From assembly GCA_963711035.1 (NCBI GenBank), contig CAVQCN010000003.1, positions 398,290 to 462,289 on the forward strand: a stretch of 64,000 nucleotides of DNA. Direction: 5' to 3'. Source of the DNA: an uncultured Chloroflexia bacterium. GTDB lineage: Bacteria; Chloroflexota; Dehalococcoidia; DSTF01; WHTK01. A program made the translations under genes and the position numbers. Below, in pieces: positions 61,956 through 64,000 of the stretch (positions within the stretch are counted from its first letter, which is position 1; each line of letters begins with the position of its first letter). Below the pieces are notes generated by a model. The model was not told where the DNA came from. It did not search any database and saw only the letters and a program-made list of their open reading frames with translations.

Positions 61956-64000
61956 TCAGGACATAAGCTCTCGCGCGACCTCGGCCAGGTTCAGGCGTCT
62001 CACGAAGCGCACGGTCGGGATGCCGGCCAGCAGAACCGTGATCAGCGCGCCCAGGGCGGCGAGCACGTAGGTGCGCGTGAAGATCACGAGCGGCATGTCG
62101 ATGATGTCGCTTTGGTACAGCGACGCGAAGTAATGGGCAATGACCAGCCCGATCGGGATGCCAAGGACGACTCCCACGGCCCCCACCAGCGCGTTCTCGA
62201 CGAACAACACCTCGACCACGCGTCTGAGCGAGGTGCCGATGATGCGCATCGTCGCCAGCTCTCGCTGCCGTTCAAGCGTTCCGATCGTGATCGAGTTGAA
62301 GATGACGACGAAGCCGAGCACGGCGCCGAAGGCCAGCATGATTGTCACGAAGACGATGAACAGGGTGCTGAACTGGCCGATGTAGTCCTTCACGTCCTGC
62401 TTGAGCTGGACGGTAGCGACGCCGGAGACGTCGTAGAGATCGGCCTGCACCTGGCTGGCGTCCCTACCCTTGATCTGCACCAGCATCGAGGTGCCGGCTG
62501 GACCGTCGCCGAGCAGGCTCGAAGCCGTGTCGAGGTCCGTGACCAACACGCTGCCCAGCGGCTGGGTGACGATTCCGTCGACCGTGAGCTGCGTCGGCCC
62601 TGCGCTGCTCGCGAGGGGCTGCAGGCTCACCGTGTCGCCGGTGTGAAGGCCGAGGCTTTTGGCCTCCGTCTCGGGAAGCAGCAGGCCGTTGCCGGGGCGG
62701 ACCTGGTGGTGGTCGGGCGTGTAGACGCGCAGCAGATCCTTTTCCGGCTGCACGCCTTGCAGCAGCACGTCCGACTGCTTCCCGTTGGCTGATATCTGGA
62801 CTGGCACCTCCGCGATCGTCTCTACGGACTGGATGCCAGCGATCGTCTTGACGTCCTGCTCCGTGGAAAGCGGGAACGGCGCCGAGAAGTCGACGCGCGC
62901 GTCGTAGTTCTGGATCGAGTCGAACTGCAGGTTGACCGCGTTCTGGAACGAATCGAGCAGGCTGGCGGCGACGAGGACCAGCGCCACGCCCGCGCTGATG
63001 CCGAGCGCCGTGAACAGCGAGCGGCGTGGCACGCGGAAGATGTTGCGCAGCGGCAGCTTGACCACAGAGGGGAGCTTGCGAGCGCCGGGCAGCAGGCGCT
63101 CCAACGGCAGGCGCAGGCCGCGCGGCGGCGCCGGCGGGCGCATCGCTTCGGCGGGCGGGATGCGTGCGGCCGACCAGGCGGGCAGCAGGCTCGAGAGGAG
63201 TACGGCGCCGAGGCCCGCCGCGAAACCGATGACGATCAGGGACCAGTTCGCGCTGACGACCACGAACGGCACGTGCAGACTGCTGGCGTAGCCGCGCGTC
63301 GTCAGGTCGGCGAGCAGCCAGCCACCTATGGTGCCCAAGGTGGCGCCCACGAGCCCGACGAGCAGGCCGAAGCCCACGTAGTGGCGCATGATGGCGCCGC
63401 GTCCGTAGCCCATGGCGCGCATCACGCCGATCTGGCCGCGCTGGCTCTGCATCATGCGGTTGAGCAGGGTGTAGACGGCCAGGCCGCCCACCAGCAGGAA
63501 GAGCACCGGGAAGACCAACGCCAGGCTTCGGAAGCTATCGAGGTCCAGGTTCAGCAGACGGTTCGAGAGCTCGTGGGCGCGGTCGGTCATCTTGCTGGGT
63601 CCGTACGGTTGCAGCACCGAGGTCACCTGCCCCGTCGCCGTGTCCAGGCTGGCGCCGGGCGCGAGGCGGACAGCGACATCGTTGATCTGCCCCGACCGCC
63701 CCAGGAAGGACGCGAGCGTGTCGTAGGGCAGGAACAGCACGCCGAATTGCGAGGGCGGCGTGAACATCTCCTGCTCGTTGCGCGCCGCGAACAGGTACTC
63801 CGGTGAGACGACGAGGCCGGCGACGTTGAGGTCCAGCGTCGTGCCGTCCGGAGCCGTGGTTTGGATCTGGTCGCCGACCTTGAGGTGGTTGAAGCTGGCG
63901 AAGCCCTGCTCCAGCAGCACGTCGTTGGGGTTCTGCAGGTAGTGGCCCTTGATCACGGAGACGTCGTTCACGCCGGGGCGCTGGTCGCTGCCGGCCGTGA
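61956..64000 (-). CDS. ABC transporter permease, FtsX/MacB-like (N-terminus probably beyond window end)
   Basis: More than 670 aa with two FtsX-type 4-TM permease modules and large extracytoplasmic loops. Confidence 0.7.
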   Translation of the reverse strand, partial: TAGSDQRPGVNDVSVIKGHYLQNPNDVLLEQGFASFNHLKVGDQIQTTAPDGTTLDLNVAGLVVSPEYLFAARNEQEMFTPPSQFGVLFLPYDTLASFLGRSGQINDVAVRLAPGASLDTATGQVTSVLQPYGPSKMTDRAHELSNRLLNLDLDSFRSLALVFPVLFLLVGGLAVYTLLNRMMQSQRGQIGVMRAMGYGRGAIMRHYVGFGLLVGLVGATLGTIGGWLLADLTTRGYASSLHVPFVVVSANWSLIVIGFAAGLGAVLLSSLLPAWSAARIPPAEAMRPPAPPRGLRLPLERLLPGARKLPSVVKLPLRNIFRVPRRSLFTALGISAGVALVLVAASLLDSFQNAVNLQFDSIQNYDARVDFSAPFPLSTEQDVKTIAGIQSVETIAEVPVQISANGKQSDVLLQGVQPEKDLLRVYTPDHHQVRPGNGLLLPETEAKSLGLHTGDTVSLQPLASSAGPTQLTVDGIVTQPLGSVLVTDLDTASSLLGDGPAGTSMLVQIKGRDASQVQADLYDVSGVATVQLKQDVKDYIGQFSTLFIVFVTIMLAFGAVLGFVVIFNSITIGTLERQRELATMRIIGTSLRRVVEVLFVENALVGAVGVVLGIPIGLVIAHYFASLYQSDIIDMPLVIFTRTYVLAALGALITVLLAGIPTVRFVRRLNLAEVARELMS

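Overview
High-GC (~68%) bacterial chromosomal segment, possibly Chloroflexota/Thermomicrobia-like or Actinomycetota; the phylum call is low confidence. Genes are densely packed and mostly housekeeping or metabolic: a hisG-hisD-hisC-hisB operon, purC, purB, purS, mfd, pth, class A PBP, GlgE plus fused TreS-maltokinase, F420/PPOX-family enzymes, and a lipid/CoA cluster (thiolase-like SCP-x, DUF35, two CaiB-type CoA transferases, ACAD, enoyl-CoA hydratase). The main findings: (1) a GrdB/PrdB-family protein with an in-frame TGA aligned to the catalytic selenocysteine of glycine-reductase protein B, a hairpin 11 nt downstream, and a cobalamin riboswitch with terminator upstream of a BtuF-like binding protein in the same operon; (2) an imuB-dnaE2 error-prone polymerase cassette of ~5 kb bracketed by an intact tRNA-Gly(UCC) and a 46-nt direct repeat of its 3' half, with no integrase, plus inverted degenerate copies of the same tRNA fragment just inside both ends; (3) a ~38-nt hairpin-containing intergenic repeat family (at least 5 copies, one with a compensatory stem change) sitting beside purS, hisG/purC and purB; (4) at least eight apparent single-site frameshifts in conserved genes (hisD, PBP1A, Zn-ADH, CaiB, ACAD, ECF sigma, imuB C-terminus, a membrane protein), which suggests uncorrected indel errors or pseudogenization and matters for any coordinate-level annotation. 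I see no CRISPR array, integrase or transposase.
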